Source: an uncultured Candidatus Saccharibacteria bacterium (GTDB taxonomy: Bacteria > Patescibacteriota > UBA1384 > XYA2-FULL-43-10 > 1-14-0-10-43-13). Taken from it: DNA of 64,000 bases. Numbering within the stretch: the stretch's first letter is position 1; every line of letters begins with the position of its first letter. Positions 29,941 through 40,100 of the stretch are shown here, piece after piece. The stretch is taken from NCBI GenBank assembly GCA_964628585.1, contig CAZVMH010000003.1, positions 28,470 to 92,469 of the forward strand, in the 5' to 3' direction. The notes beneath the pieces were generated by a model that was given only the letters and a program-made list of their open reading frames with translations, had not been told where the DNA came from and made no database searches. Position numbers and translations under genes: made by a program.

Positions 29941-29968
29941 AAAAAAGCCCCCTTCTGGAAGCTTCTTT
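29941..29968 (-). terminator. Terminator after alaS
   Basis: Minus strand AAGCTTC-CAGAA-GGGGCTT followed by a T tract. Confidence 0.5.
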
Positions 29969-29988
29969 GAGCACGATATGAATCTAAT

Positions 29989-31686
29989 TTATTCTAGAAC
30001 GGCTTTGATCCTACGCACGCCCGCAGAGGAGCTTTCTTCTTTTAATATCTTGAAATGACCGAGTTCGCCGGTACGAATAACATGGGGACCGCCGCAAATT
30101 TCACGGGAGAAACTATCGATGCTGTACACTTTCACCTTGTCACCGTATTTGTGCTCAAATAGCCCGATTGCACCTGATTCTTTCGCCTCTTCGGGACTCA
30201 TTTCTTCCATCGTGATTAGTAGATCATCTTTGATCTTTTCATTTACGATATTTTCAACCTCTTTGATTTGTTCCGGCGTCATCTTATCTGGATAAGTAAA
30301 ATCAAACCTCATTCTCTCCGCATTTATGTTTGAGCCCTTCTGCCCCACGCTCTCGCCTAAAACATCTTTCAAGGCCTGCTGAAGCAAGTGAGTGGCAGTG
30401 TGATATTTAATCGCCTCTTCCCCACTATCAGCCAAGCCACCCTTAAACATGCCAGCAGAAGCAGTACGAGAAAGCTCTTGATGGCCAAGCATCGACTTAT
30501 TATATTCCTCGATTGCTGAATCGTTGATTTTTATATTTTTATTTTTTGCTTCTTCCAAGCTTACTTCCATCGGCAAGCCAAAGGACTGATACAAATCGAA
30601 CAAATCTTTACCCGTTAGTTCTTCGTCTGAATTGATTTTGCTCAATCCTTCTTTAAGAGTCTTTCTAAACTTTTTTTCCTCTTTGCCGAGTTCACTTTTG
30701 ACCCTGTCCTTTGTAAAAGAATAGACTCCTTCATATATTTCAAAAATCGAATCCGCTAATTTTGATGCGATATCACTCTCTATGCCAAGTTGATTTGCCT
30801 TGACGATTGCCCGACGAATCAGCCGACGAACAATGTATCCAGCATCTTTGTTGGATGGCAGGATATAATCGCTTATTGCAAACACAGCAGTTTTAATATG
30901 ATCAGCGATAACCCGGAATTCTTTCTGATGATCGGCATACTCTTTATCTGATAGCTTTTCAGTTTTTTCTATGTTAGATTCGAACAAATCGGTTTCATAG
31001 GCACTTTCTTCGCCGTTAATGACTGCAAGGAGTCGTTCCAGCCCCATGCCGGTATCAACTCCTTTAAATTTTGTTTCCTGATATTTGCCATCAATTAAAA
31101 CATATTCATTAAATACAAGATTCCAAACTTCGATGTCATCAACATAAAATTCTACTGTTGGGCCACCGGGCGAACCTTCTGTGCCAAGTGACCAGAAGTT
31201 ATTATCGAATCCCTGTGGTTTGATCTCTATGAGTCCTTCGATCTTCTGTAATATCTTTAACGATTCTTCGTCGGCTGGAATATCTTTTTTACCCTCAAAA
31301 TATGTGGCGTGGATTCTTCCCTTTTTGATTTTTAGCTCTTCGGTCAGGAACTCCCAAGCGAATTTGATTGCATCTTCTTTGAAATATGAACCCTCTTTTT
31401 CTGGATATCCGAAGGAAAAATTTCCCAACATTTCGAAGAAAGTTAAGTGAGTATCGTCGCCTACTTCCTCTATGTCACCGGTGCGGATGCATTTTTGGCA
31501 AGTTACAATTTTTGAAGTTGGTGCTTCGTCTGGCTTAGTATAAAATCTTTTAAACTGCTGCATGCCCGCCGTGTTGAACAGAACTGATGGGTCGTTTTCT
31601 GGCACCAGAGAAGCAGAAGGGATCACTTTGTGACCCCGCCCTTTAAAAAACTTTATAAATTTTTCTCTTAACTCCGATGATTGCAT
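29989..31686 (-). CDS. alaS: Alanine-tRNA ligase, short form lacking the C-Ala domain
   Basis: LFNTAGMQQFK, HLTFFEMLGNFS, VDTGMGLERL, HTATHLL, EICGGPHV; ends at GVRRIKAVLE. Confidence 0.96.
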   Translation of the reverse strand: MQSSELREKFIKFFKGRGHKVIPSASLVPENDPSVLFNTAGMQQFKRFYTKPDEAPTSKIVTCQKCIRTGDIEEVGDDTHLTFFEMLGNFSFGYPEKEGSYFKEDAIKFAWEFLTEELKIKKGRIHATYFEGKKDIPADEESLKILQKIEGLIEIKPQGFDNNFWSLGTEGSPGGPTVEFYVDDIEVWNLVFNEYVLIDGKYQETKFKGVDTGMGLERLLAVINGEESAYETDLFESNIEKTEKLSDKEYADHQKEFRVIADHIKTAVFAISDYILPSNKDAGYIVRRLIRRAIVKANQLGIESDIASKLADSIFEIYEGVYSFTKDRVKSELGKEEKKFRKTLKEGLSKINSDEELTGKDLFDLYQSFGLPMEVSLEEAKNKNIKINDSAIEEYNKSMLGHQELSRTASAGMFKGGLADSGEEAIKYHTATHLLQQALKDVLGESVGQKGSNINAERMRFDFTYPDKMTPEQIKEVENIVNEKIKDDLLITMEEMSPEEAKESGAIGLFEHKYGDKVKVYSIDSFSREICGGPHVIRTGELGHFKILKEESSSAGVRRIKAVLE

Positions 31687-31695
31687 ATTCTGTAT

Positions 31696-32346
31696 CTATT
31701 TGTTGCTGCCCGAAAGTCCGGTTATAAAGTTTGAAAATATTTGGGACCAAACAAAACCCCGAATTTCGGCTTCGCTATCCTTCTTTTCTACCTTAATTGG
31801 TTCAAGTCCCAACTCTTTAGCATACATAGTGCGATAAGCTGTCTGATAATTCATTATTTTTCTTACGTAACTGTTATTAACTCTCAAATATGCTTCTTGA
31901 CCAATTGCTTTGTCTGAATTTCCCGTTCCCGCGTTATAGCCGTATAAAGCCAGCTCTGTACTGCCACGATATTTCACTAATAAATCGCGCAAATGAGCAG
32001 CGCCAAATTCAACCGATGTTTCGGCATCAAAAATATCGTAATTTGGCCAGCGTCCAGTTTCCCTTGCCATTGTTGCCGCAGTTCCTGGCATAAATTGCAT
32101 TAAACCTTGAGCGCCAGCTCCGGAAACGGAACTCGGGTTAAAACGGGATTCCTGCAAAATTACTGCAGCGACCAAAGCAGGATCAACGCTATATTTTGAG
32201 GAATATTTCACGATCCAATCAGCATATTTCAAAGGGTAAACCTCATCTGCAAACATTTTCGGCACATAATAGTAAGCCGTAGTCCCCAAAAAAACTGCAA
32301 TAACTACAATAATTGCAAAATTTAACTTATATTTTTTTGAAAGCAT
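31696..32346 (-). CDS. Membrane-anchored lytic transglycosylase (SLT)
   Basis: AVILQESRF, GAQGLMQFMP, YNAG; GGAG RBS before ATG 32346. Confidence 0.92.
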   Translation of the reverse strand: MLSKKYKLNFAIIVVIAVFLGTTAYYYVPKMFADEVYPLKYADWIVKYSSKYSVDPALVAAVILQESRFNPSSVSGAGAQGLMQFMPGTAATMARETGRWPNYDIFDAETSVEFGAAHLRDLLVKYRGSTELALYGYNAGTGNSDKAIGQEAYLRVNNSYVRKIMNYQTAYRTMYAKELGLEPIKVEKKDSEAEIRGFVWSQIFSNFITGLSGSNK

Positions 32347-32448
32347 GAAATTATTTCTCCGATCTAGCTCTATTGTACAAAAGTATTTTAGAAAAGACAA
32401 CAAAAAAATACGATTCAAAATTTAAATCGCATTTTTTGGCCAAACTTC

Positions 32449-32535
32449 TGGTGCTCGAGGTGGGACTCGAACCCACACGGCTGTTTAAGCCACATCATTT
32501 TAAGTGATGCGTGTATACCATTCCACCACTCGAGC
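32449..32535 (-). tRNA. tRNA-Leu(TAA)
   Basis: GCTCGAG acceptor stem, CATCA-CTTAAAA-TGATG anticodon arm, long variable arm, GGTTCGAG, CCA end. Confidence 0.95.
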
Positions 32536-32539
32536 ATTA

Positions 32540-33499
32540 TTAGACTATTTGGTATTTGCCCGCTTTATTCTTTTCTAGTTTGCCTTCTATTGTAAATCCG
32601 GCCGCTTTTTTATGGCCTCCACCGCCAAACAATCTAGCTAAAGCCGAAACATCAATACCGTTCTTTTCCGTCCGCAAACTCCCTCTCAATTTACCATTTT
32701 CGCACTCATATAACAAGATAGCTGCCTTCACTTCAGTAATTATGCTCATCAGGTTAACCAGTCCAGATACCTCGTCTTCCGTAGCATTGGCTTCTTTGAT
32801 GTCTTTTTTTGTTATTGTTGAGATTACAAGCCCACTATTCTTATCGAAAACCATTCGGTCTAGTGCAACTCCCCATAATTTCAAAGAGGAAGTTGATCTG
32901 GCGTTATAAACATTTTTTGAGATTAAATCTAAATTAGCGCCTGCGCTCATTAAACTTGAAACCACTTCTAGAACTTTTTCGGACGTATTGCTATGTTGAA
33001 ATCCGCCAGTATCATTATACATTCCGAGTAGTAGCGCCGTCGCAATTTTGGGGGTGATTTTCACCTTGAGACCAGTCAGAATATCAAAGATTAAAGTTGC
33101 GGTCGAAGAAGCATTTTTGTCGGCATAATTGATATTTGCTAACTTCCAAATATCATTCTTGATATGATGATCAATATTAATTAGCACGGTTTTTTTAGGA
33201 AGTTTTGATATTCTCTCAATAAAACCCGTCCTTCTCAGGTCGCCATTATCCAACAAGATTATTACTTCATACTCGCCAGTTAGAAAATCTTTCTTAAATT
33301 CTTGTGTTTCTTCTAAAAATGAGAATATCTCTGGGACATCATCAGAGCAAACCATATCAACTTTTTTGCTCATACTCTTTAGGACCAGAGACAAAGCAAT
33401 CATACTCCCGATACAATCTCCATCAGGTTTTTCATGCCCGATTAACAAAAAAGAGTCCCTTTCCTCCAAAATCGATTTAAGTTTTGAAAAAGAGCCCAT
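32540..33499 (-). CDS. nrnA: DHH/DHHA1 nanoRNase / pAp phosphatase
   Basis: HEKPDGDCIGS, IDHH, DTGGF, GGGGHKKAAG. Confidence 0.92.
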   Translation of the reverse strand: MGSFSKLKSILEERDSFLLIGHEKPDGDCIGSMIALSLVLKSMSKKVDMVCSDDVPEIFSFLEETQEFKKDFLTGEYEVIILLDNGDLRRTGFIERISKLPKKTVLINIDHHIKNDIWKLANINYADKNASSTATLIFDILTGLKVKITPKIATALLLGMYNDTGGFQHSNTSEKVLEVVSSLMSAGANLDLISKNVYNARSTSSLKLWGVALDRMVFDKNSGLVISTITKKDIKEANATEDEVSGLVNLMSIITEVKAAILLYECENGKLRGSLRTEKNGIDVSALARLFGGGGHKKAAGFTIEGKLEKNKAGKYQIV

Positions 33500-33504
33500 A
33501 TATA

Positions 33505-33612
33505 TTCAATTCACAAATTGCAATGTCTAATTACCAATTCCATATTGAATTATTGGATATTTTGGCATTAGACATTTTATTAGAAATTAGTAATTAGGAT
33601 TTAGAAATTTCA
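33505..33612. repeat. Degenerate 7-nt periodic, partly palindromic intergenic repeat
   Basis: AATGTCTAA / TTAGACATT inverted pair; TAGAAAT TAGTAAT TAGGATT TAGAAAT. Confidence 0.65.
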
Positions 33613-33618
33613 AAATCG

Positions 33619-34107
33619 TTAATTCGATTTTAGAATTATGTTCTGACGTTCGTCTTCTGGTAGTTCGTTTTTCTTAATCTTATAAAGGTCCATTTCTCCG
33701 TCAGAGATACCTTCACTTTTTTTAAATTCCGAAAGATCAGAGTAAAGCATCGGGATAACAATGCGAGGGTCTATACTTGAAATCACATTTAGAGCTTTTT
33801 TTGCGGGAAGAGAGCCTTCTTCCCCGAGAGGCACAAACAATATGTCTACGTCTCCGATACCTTTTGTTTCTTCATTTGATAGTTCGTGATTGATTTTACC
33901 CAAATAACACAAATTTATTTCCTCGGCTTTGCAGTTATAAATAGTGTTCTCACCATCGGCAATACCTTCAACAAAAACACCATTCTTCTCATATTCACCC
34001 GGGCCTGGTAAGGAAAAACCATTTATTGAGACCGTATAGCCTAAGTCGACTTCAACATCTTTTGTTTTTATTTGAAATTTCTCTTTACCGAAATATTTTA
34101 TTTGCAT
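33619..34107 (-). CDS. Degenerate MBL-fold protein
   Basis: PGPGEYEKNGVFVEG, VDILFVP, IDPRIVIPM; no HxHxDH motif. Confidence 0.75.
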   Translation of the reverse strand: MQIKYFGKEKFQIKTKDVEVDLGYTVSINGFSLPGPGEYEKNGVFVEGIADGENTIYNCKAEEINLCYLGKINHELSNEETKGIGDVDILFVPLGEEGSLPAKKALNVISSIDPRIVIPMLYSDLSEFKKSEGISDGEMDLYKIKKNELPEDERQNIILKSN

Positions 34108-34133
34108 TTTGCCTCCCGTTACTTACAATTTAG

Positions 34134-35450
34134 CTATTTTACTTCAACTTCTTTCTTTGTGCTTTTTTTAGTCTTAGCAGTTTTCTTAGCGGATTTTTCC
34201 TCGCTAACTTCCTCTATTGTTTCTGACTTTTCTGATTCATCAGCAACTTCTTTCTTAACTTTTGACCCCGAAGGGGTCCCCTTTGGGGACTCTTTAGCTG
34301 GCTTCTCATCATCAACTTTCAAGCTCAACCCTAGTCTGTGACTCTCAGCCTCAATTGAGATAATTTTGAATTTATATTCTTTACCTAGTTCAACAATTTG
34401 GCCAGGATCAATAATGTGGTCCTTAGAAAGCTCAGAGATGTGGACCAAACCGTCAATTTGTGGACTAAGGGCTACAAAAGCACCGAAAGGTGTAATTTTG
34501 GTTACTTCTCCTGAAACTACCTGCCCCACTTGATATTTTGAAGCAGCAGAGACCCAAGGATCTGGCAATAGTCGTTTGATTGAAAGAGAAACACGACCGT
34601 CATCAACAGAAATAATGATTGTTGAAACTTCATCGCCAACTTTAAATACTTTGTTTAGATCGGTTACACGACTCCAAGAAACTTCTGAAATATGGACCAA
34701 TCCTTCAATTTGAGGATCAATACTAACAAAAAGTCCAAAATCAACAATTCCGGTAATTTTGCCAACAACCTTGTCGCCAACTTTATATTTCTCAATTTTT
34801 GCCTGAACTTCATCGGCCTTAACTGCTTTTTCAGAGAAGATAAGTTTGTTATTCTCTTTATCGCAACTAATAACTTTTACTGGGACTTCTTGACCAATAA
34901 ACTTACGTAGACGAGTCAAAATTTCCTCTTTGTCACCACCAGTTACTCTAGGATATTTTGCAGGAGAAAGTTGTGAAACAGGTAGGAAACCTTGTATTCC
35001 ACCAACTTCTGTCATCAGGCCACCTTTATTTGCATCAACAATTTTGACCATAACTGAATCACCTGATTCAAATTTTTGAGCAAATTCGATCCAATATTTT
35101 TCTCTGTCGGCTCTCTTCATTGAGAGAACGACGTTTCCAGCATCGTCTTCCATTGAAACAACAGTGCAGAAAACTTTATCACCATTTTTCAAGCCAGTTT
35201 TTGAAGTGATTTCTTTTTCTGGGATAAAACCGAGTGATTGGCCAGCTACATCTACCCAAATTCTGTTTCCACCAACCGCCAAGATTGTAGCTTCTACATT
35301 TTCGCCTTCTGAAAATGGCAAAATATTGTCGCCCAAATCTTTAATCAACGACTCCATTGTATCTTTGCCTTTTGTTCTTTCTGTTTCGATTATTTGCTCA
35401 GGCACTTTTACTTCTGCTGTCGATTCTATTTTTTCATCCGTTTTGACCAT
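34134..35450 (-). CDS. rpsA: 30S ribosomal protein S1 (four S1 domains, charged tail)
   Basis: NKGGL, GFLPVSQL, DFGLFV, EGLVHISE, FGAFV, DGLVHISE. Confidence 0.92.
   Translation of the reverse strand: MVKTDEKIESTAEVKVPEQIIETERTKGKDTMESLIKDLGDNILPFSEGENVEATILAVGGNRIWVDVAGQSLGFIPEKEITSKTGLKNGDKVFCTVVSMEDDAGNVVLSMKRADREKYWIEFAQKFESGDSVMVKIVDANKGGLMTEVGGIQGFLPVSQLSPAKYPRVTGGDKEEILTRLRKFIGQEVPVKVISCDKENNKLIFSEKAVKADEVQAKIEKYKVGDKVVGKITGIVDFGLFVSIDPQIEGLVHISEVSWSRVTDLNKVFKVGDEVSTIIISVDDGRVSLSIKRLLPDPWVSAASKYQVGQVVSGEVTKITPFGAFVALSPQIDGLVHISELSKDHIIDPGQIVELGKEYKFKIISIEAESHRLGLSLKVDDEKPAKESPKGTPSGSKVKKEVADESEKSETIEEVSEEKSAKKTAKTKKSTKKEVEVK
34264..34292. repeat. REP-like double hairpin read in frame within rpsA
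   Basis: GACCCC-GAA-GGGGTC overlapping GTCCCC-TTT-GGGGAC; near-copy (reverse complement) at 60326-60351. Confidence 0.7.
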
Positions 35451-35529
35451 GATTCTCCGTTACTTACTTATAGCATATTGCTAATAGCTCATTACTTAAT
35501 TACTTTATAAACTTATAACCTTACAAACT

Positions 35530-35931
35530 TTATAAACTCTTGTGCTTCTTTTTTGGTAAATATTTATTGTATCTTAACTCAGTCTTTTCCATCTTCTTGT
35601 GTGTTGGCAACTTTCGCAAAACCTTAATTCCAATTACTGCTACCAAAATAATGAAAATTACGATGACAGACAGAAGATAATATCTAGTTGCAAGAACTGG
35701 TAAGCTTTCATATCGCCCAAACACATGAATAAGTCCCAAAATTCCACATGTAAGCGTTGGAGTAATAAATTTTGCTAAAAATGTTTTTTCTTTTTTTGAA
35801 ACCAACAGGACTAAAATGCCAAATATAATCATTGCCCCAAAAATCGCGAGCAAAATTGGATAAAAGTTGCTCTCTGGTGGCGGTGTTGAATCAAGAATGT
35901 AAGCTTTTGAAAAAACTTTTGAATAATTCAT
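35530..35931 (-). CDS. Hypothetical three-TM membrane protein
   Basis: Three hydrophobic segments, RYESLP, KYLPK tail. Confidence 0.75.
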   Translation of the reverse strand: MNYSKVFSKAYILDSTPPPESNFYPILLAIFGAMIIFGILVLLVSKKEKTFLAKFITPTLTCGILGLIHVFGRYESLPVLATRYYLLSVIVIFIILVAVIGIKVLRKLPTHKKMEKTELRYNKYLPKKKHKSL

Positions 35932-35950
35932 AAATTAAATTTTCTAGCTT

Positions 35951-36037
35951 TGGTGCCGAGAGCGGGAGTTGAACCCGCACAGTCTTTCGACTACACGAAC
36001 CTCAATCGTGCGCGTATACCGATTCCGCCACCTCGGC
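35951..36037 (-). tRNA. tRNA-Leu(GAG)
   Basis: CACGA-TTGAGGT-TCGTG anticodon arm, long variable arm, CCA end. Confidence 0.95.
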
Positions 36038-36047
36038 TGAAAATTTT

Positions 36048-36124
36048 TGGTGGACGCTGAGGGAGTCGAACCCCCGACATCCTCGGTGTAAACGAGGCGC
36101 TCTGACCAACTGAGCTAAGCGTCC
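36048..36124 (-). tRNA. tRNA-Val(TAC)
   Basis: CCTCG-TTTACAC-CGAGG anticodon arm, TAGCTCAG D arm, GGTTCGA, CCA end. Confidence 0.95.
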
Positions 36125-36345
36125 AAAAACTTTATTCTGCCTTCGGCAATTATTTTCTCCATTCTCTTCGCAACTTCAACGCTATCAAATTCTTGATGAA
36201 AAACTAATTTATATGGTTTTTTGTATTTTGTAGCAGTTACGTTTCCAGAATTATGTTGTGTTAATCTACGCTTATAATCCATCGTACTACCGACGTAGTA
36301 AGAATCATTTTTTAAACTTTGAAGAATATATACAAACGCTTTCAT
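36115..36345 (-). CDS. Small GIY-YIG nuclease (UPF0213/YhbQ-like), possibly with an internal deletion; stop codon inside tRNA-Val
   Basis: FVYILQS...YYVGST...RRLTQHNSG...TKYKKPYKLV...E. Confidence 0.85.
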   Translation of the reverse strand: MKAFVYILQSLKNDSYYVGSTMDYKRRLTQHNSGNVTATKYKKPYKLVFHQEFDSVEVAKRMEKIIAEGRIKFLDA

Positions 36346-36378
36346 AACAATTAATACGATTGGGTGTTACTATTTATA

Positions 36379-36440
36379 GAGCTCTCCGACGTTTCAGTCG
36401 GAGCTCCGATATTCGCTTTCAACAAATCGTCGGAGAAGCG
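36379..36440. repeat. REP-like nested CTCCGA/TCGGAG palindromes upstream of the GIY-YIG gene
   Basis: CTCCGAC-GTTTCA-GTCGGAG followed by CTCCGAT...TCGTCGGAG. Confidence 0.65.
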
Positions 36441-36592
36441 CGCACAAATTAAAAAATTCTCGCACCAACAAGAATTTTAAACAATAGATTCAGGCTGGTT
36501 TAATAATAATTTATCTAAATCTATTCTAGCAAAAAACATTAACAATGTCAAAACAAAGATATGTAGAAAACGATTTTATTATATATTAACTA

Positions 36593-37006
36593 TTAGATAT
36601 TGGCTGGTTTCTTTTTCTTAATAATAACCAAGGCCACAATTAATATCAGAGCTAGGACACCGCCACCTATAGTGTAAAGTGTTTGGTTGTTGATTTTAGA
36701 ATCCGATCTAGAGTCAGAAGCGGTTTTGGCTGTATTGCCATTAGTTGTTGATTCAACGGCGTCAGTTTCGGTGTTTGACAGTGTCGGGGTTGTTGCAGTA
36801 GTAGTCGTGGCAGTTTGACTAGTAGAAGTTGTTGCGGCGGCACTTCTCTTGGCGTCTGCAGCTGCCTTATCTTCGGCGGCTCTTTTATTAAGATCGTCAA
36901 CTGTTACGGGTGGCTGAGTAGCAGCAATAATACTAGTCAAACACATTGGAGCAACACCCAGACTAATGGCGAAAACAACAATCACAACAATCTTTTTAAC
37001 CAACAT
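36593..37006 (-). CDS. Small surface protein: signal peptide, Thr/Ala-rich linker, C-terminal TM and Lys tail
   Basis: AAGGAGG RBS; TTSTSQTATTTTATTP; GGGVLALILIVALVIIKKKK. Confidence 0.8.
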   Translation of the reverse strand: MLVKKIVVIVVFAISLGVAPMCLTSIIAATQPPVTVDDLNKRAAEDKAAADAKRSAAATTSTSQTATTTTATTPTLSNTETDAVESTTNGNTAKTASDSRSDSKINNQTLYTIGGGVLALILIVALVIIKKKKPANI

Positions 37007-37123
37007 GGCCCTCCTTAATTAAAAAACTAATTATTAACATTAATATAATTATTACACAAGCAAAAGATTAATTCAAACTCTGACACAAAAATGTAAAACT
37101 ATAGCGTTGTCTTCAAAAATGAA

Positions 37124-40100
37124 TTATAAGTCAGGAATAGTTATCGATACAATATTAGAAGGCTCAGAATAATCATCTGGAAGTCTTGCCCTAATCCTGT
37201 AATAGTAGGTGTTACCCGGAATCAATTCATAGTCGTCCATTTTGGAAGTTTCATTAGCTGCAATATCCCATGAGAGGTCACGATCCCAGTTATTTTCGAA
37301 AACATGATTATTGTTTCTATAGAGATAAAACATCATTTCATTTGGCGAATTATCCTGCCAATTAAGCTGGACTGTGTTATTCTCAGTAAGAACTGCGGTT
37401 AAATTACTTGGAGCCCAATTCGGTATAGTTATTGAAACGACATTTGACCAATTTGAATTCATGCCCCCCTTTAATGCTCTAACACGATAATAGCACGTGC
37501 TACCTGGTAATCTACCTAGATCAACAAATGAATTCGCATAAGGACTTAAACCCCATAGTTTTCCATCAGTAAAACTAGCATTAGAACCAATCTCCAATGT
37601 AAGTGAATCAATATCATTAGCATTATTTTGCCATGTGAGACTAGGTTTTCTATCGGTCGTTAATGCAACAGTGAGATTACTTGGTGCTTCTATTGAGTCG
37701 CTAACATCTGTAGTTATTGCCGATACAGTATTAGATAAACCAGAAAAATAATCAGGCAAACGCTTAGCTCTTACCCTAAAATAGTGTGGGGTATTAGGAT
37801 CTAAATGATCTACTAAAAATTCGTTTTGGTTGGCCTCAATCGTATCAATGGTGTAATTTCTCCCATGAAAAGAAAATGTCTCACTTGTACTTACTTCTAA
37901 TACAAAGCCGTCTTCATTATTGGAATTGTCTTGCCAATCTAGCAGAACAGTATTTAAGGTTACGGCTCGAACTCTTAAATTTGTCGGGGCACTAATACTT
38001 GTATCAGTCAGTGGTCTAGCAGTAACAACATTTGAATATCCAGACATACCTAGCCCTCCAAAAACTGAAATTCGATAATAGTAAGTAACATCTGGAGGTG
38101 GCGCAATATCTTCATAAGTAGTTACATTAGGCTGAGTCCCAAATGAAGCCCACCAATTTTGTGTGAAATCGGCGCTAGTGCTTCTCTCGACAAAAAAGCC
38201 TTCTTCATTATCAGAATTATCTGCCCAGTTAAGCACCACATTGGAGGTATGGTATACGGAAGCAGTGAGATTAGAAGCTGCCGCAGGCGTATATAATGAG
38301 ATAGGAATGATTTCTGAATAATCAGAAAAATGTTCTGTATCCTTATATGCCCTGATTCGATAATAATAGTTTTGTCCTTCGGCAACAGTTGTGTCTGTAT
38401 AAGCACTACCGTTTTCTTCTACTGTAAAAACCTGAAGATCACTGTTGAAATCAAAAGTAGTACTTCTTTCAATTTTGAATCCGTCTTCATTATTTGAGCG
38501 ATCTTCCCAAACAAGAGTTACATGATCTACCCAATAACTTGAAGAATAAAAAGAACCAGGGACTTCAATTGATATGCCCCCCTTGGTTCTAGCAGAAGCA
38601 GAGTTAGAATAATCAGAGCTGTCAATAGAATAATAAGCTCTGACACGATAATAATATCGTGTATCTGGCAATAACCCCTGATCGTTATATGAGTCTATAT
38701 TCGCACCAAGATTGAAAGAAAAGACGTTCTCACTGAACCCTAAATTAGTGCTTCGTTCTAAAATGTATCCCTGTTCCTTATCGGAATTATCACTCCAGCT
38801 TAAATTTATCTGATCATCGGAAATTGCTTGTGCAGACAATTCTGTTGGTGCCGAAAGCTGAAAAGGTATTCTGGTATTAATTTGTATTATTTTGACCTCT
38901 CCTGGGTCCAGAATAATTGTGGCGGTGAATAAATCACTTTCATTTACTTGCCCTTCACTTACAGCAACAACTTGCAAGACAGTAGATAATTGGTCTTGAA
39001 TGTTAATATCGTTTATTTGCCTTGCAGAATGATTAGTAATAGTAAATCTATAATTCAAATCACCACCTTCAGTAGCTTCGAGTGGTGCTTCCTTGTAAAT
39101 TTGAATTTCTGGTATATTTACAGCACACTCCTCCGAATTCAAAGATATTAAAGAATCACTACTTCGCACTGCATGAACTCTATACATGTATGGTAAATTA
39201 CTGTAAGTTATTACATCAATCCAACTTGTGTAATCAAAACCCGATTCGTTCGGGAGTATATGTATAATATTCCACTCTCCATCAGCAAGTTTTCTTTCAA
39301 TTGCATAGCCACTTTCATTTGCACTATTATCCTGCCAACCCATATCAACTTCCAATAATCCGTCAGCCAATAAACAAGCCATATTAGTAGGCGTGTTTAA
39401 ATAAGTCAGACCATTTATTGTTTGACTGTAATCAGAATAGGTCGTACCCAAGTAAGCTCTTACTCTATAAAAATATTGTGTTGCTTCCGTAACTGCTGTA
39501 TCGGTATAAGTCGTAATATCAGCTAAAGTCGAGCCAACTTCTGCAAATGTTCCTGTTTCGCCCTCTTTTCTCTCTATTTTATATCCCTGTTCGCTAGTAT
39601 TATTGTTATCCCATGTTAAAATCATTGTATTAGTGGCCACAACACTGAGATTTGCTGGGACATTGAGTGTTGACGTACCAACTGGGACATTCGCCTCATT
39701 TGAATACAATGAAAATGCGCCATTAGTTTTTGTTGCTTTCACTCGATAATAATATGTATGGCCAGTCGTGACGGTTGAATCAGAGTAACTTGAAGTATTG
39801 GCTGGAAGATCTGTTGTAAGCGCTGCCCAAGTCCCCCCTAAATCAGTTTTTCTTTCAATAGTATAGTGTGATTCCGCATTTGACACGTCGGTCCAAGCAA
39901 GGTTAACAGAAGTGGCGCTATTTAATGTCGCCGTAAGACCAGTAGGAGTTTTTAAAAATGAAGTAGCAGAAATGGTAGCAGAAAATGCTGAATTGCCTCC
40001 AGCATTATAGGCGTACACTCTGTAGTAATAAAGCGTTCCTTCGGCAACCATTGTAGTGTTTGTTAGTGTTACATTACTACCGCTGCCAGCCACACTGGAT

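Noticed and set aside
29989-31686. alaS as a truncated pseudogene
   Set aside because: The aminoacylation and editing motifs are intact; loss of C-Ala is a known short form in reduced genomes.
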